A stretch of DNA of 17,463 nt from NCBI GenBank assembly GCA_016840425.1, contig JAEOSI010000022.1:1-17463 (forward strand). The letters are read 5' to 3'. Of the stretch, positions 17,159 through 17,463 are shown in pieces. Numbering within the stretch: position 1 is the stretch's first letter; each line of letters opens with the position of its first letter. A program made the translations under genes and the position numbers. The notes beneath the pieces were generated by a model. That model was not told the DNA's origin. It saw only the letters and a program-made list of their open reading frames with translations, and did no database searches. The stretch is from Candidatus Wukongarchaeum yapensis (GTDB taxonomy: Archaea > Asgardarchaeota > Wukongarchaeia > Wukongarchaeales > Wukongarchaeaceae).

Positions 17159-17203
17159 CTGTACTACAACTGTAGTACAGAACACAACTTTTAAATATCA
17201 ACT
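17159..17203 (+). promoter_or_regulatory. Tandem GTANTAC boxes (perfect 10-bp inverted repeat) + BRE/TATA upstream of cobT
   Basis: CTGTACTACA-AC-TGTAGTACAG followed by AACACAAC-TTTTAAATA. Confidence 0.72.
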
Positions 17204-17315
17204 CTTAACCTAAGAGCAGAAAAACACTTACTCTACACTTACGTACTACAATATTATTAACCCTACAATGAAAATAACCCTCGATCTGAGCGTATTTTGA
17301 AGGAGGTAAATTTTT

Positions 17316-17463
17316 ATGAAGGACGTAATTTTTGCTCGTGCAAAGGAAAAAGGCGAGGAATTTGTCAGGAAGATAAAGGGTAAAACCCCTGTTTTTGTAT
17401 GCGTTATAGGCAACTCTGAAACAGGAAAAATACCTGGCTTATCCGCTGCAGGCGCAGTTCCAG
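17316..17463 (+). CDS. cobT: Archaeal-type nicotinate-nucleotide:benzimidazole phosphoribosyltransferase, N-terminal 49 aa (runs off window)
   Basis: Manual translation MKDVIFARAKEKGEEFVRKIKGKTPVFVCVIGNSETGKIPGLSAAGAVP. ETxxIPGxSAAGA is the N-terminal signature of the archaeal CobT (MJ1598-type) family. SD AGGAGGT at 17301-17307. Confidence 0.82.
   Translation, partial: MKDVIFARAKEKGEEFVRKIKGKTPVFVCVIGNSETGKIPGLSAAGAVP

Noticed and set aside
1-17463. CRISPR arrays, IS elements, tRNA or rRNA genes
   Set aside because: No regularly spaced repeats, transposase ORFs, terminal inverted repeats or cloverleaf-like sequences seen; intergenic gaps are small.

Overview
Archaeal-type genomic segment (TATA/BRE promoters, archaeal CobT, small CbiX) devoted to tetrapyrrole and cobamide (B12) synthesis. 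Bases 1-13.4 kb hold the anaerobic corrin-ring and early tetrapyrrole genes: cbiT-cbiL-cbiF-cbiG on the minus strand, divergent from cbiX-hemA-hemL-hemC-cobA-hemD, which converges on a minus-strand run cbiP, cbiP-like, sirC, hemB. The most unusual part is 13.4-17.5 kb, a probable lower-ligand module. It encodes a TrpD-like phosphoribosyltransferase with altered acceptor-site residues, a Zn-dependent MDR dehydrogenase, a ribbon-helix-helix DNA-binding domain fused to an apparently degenerate alpha-ribazole kinase (CblS)-like domain, and the start of an archaeal cobT. The trpD-like and cobT promoters share a 44-bp element (37/44 identical) with tandem GTANTAC boxes next to a near-identical BRE/TATA, which suggests a regulon run by the RHH-CblS fusion. 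A second motif, TAGG-N8-CCTA, occurs three times, each beside a TATA box of a corrin-ring operon. Other oddities are a CbiP paralog lacking its glutaminase domain, a Cys-rich domain fused to the full CbiP, and a likely CTG start for hemC. All family assignments come from recognised motifs; no database searches were run.
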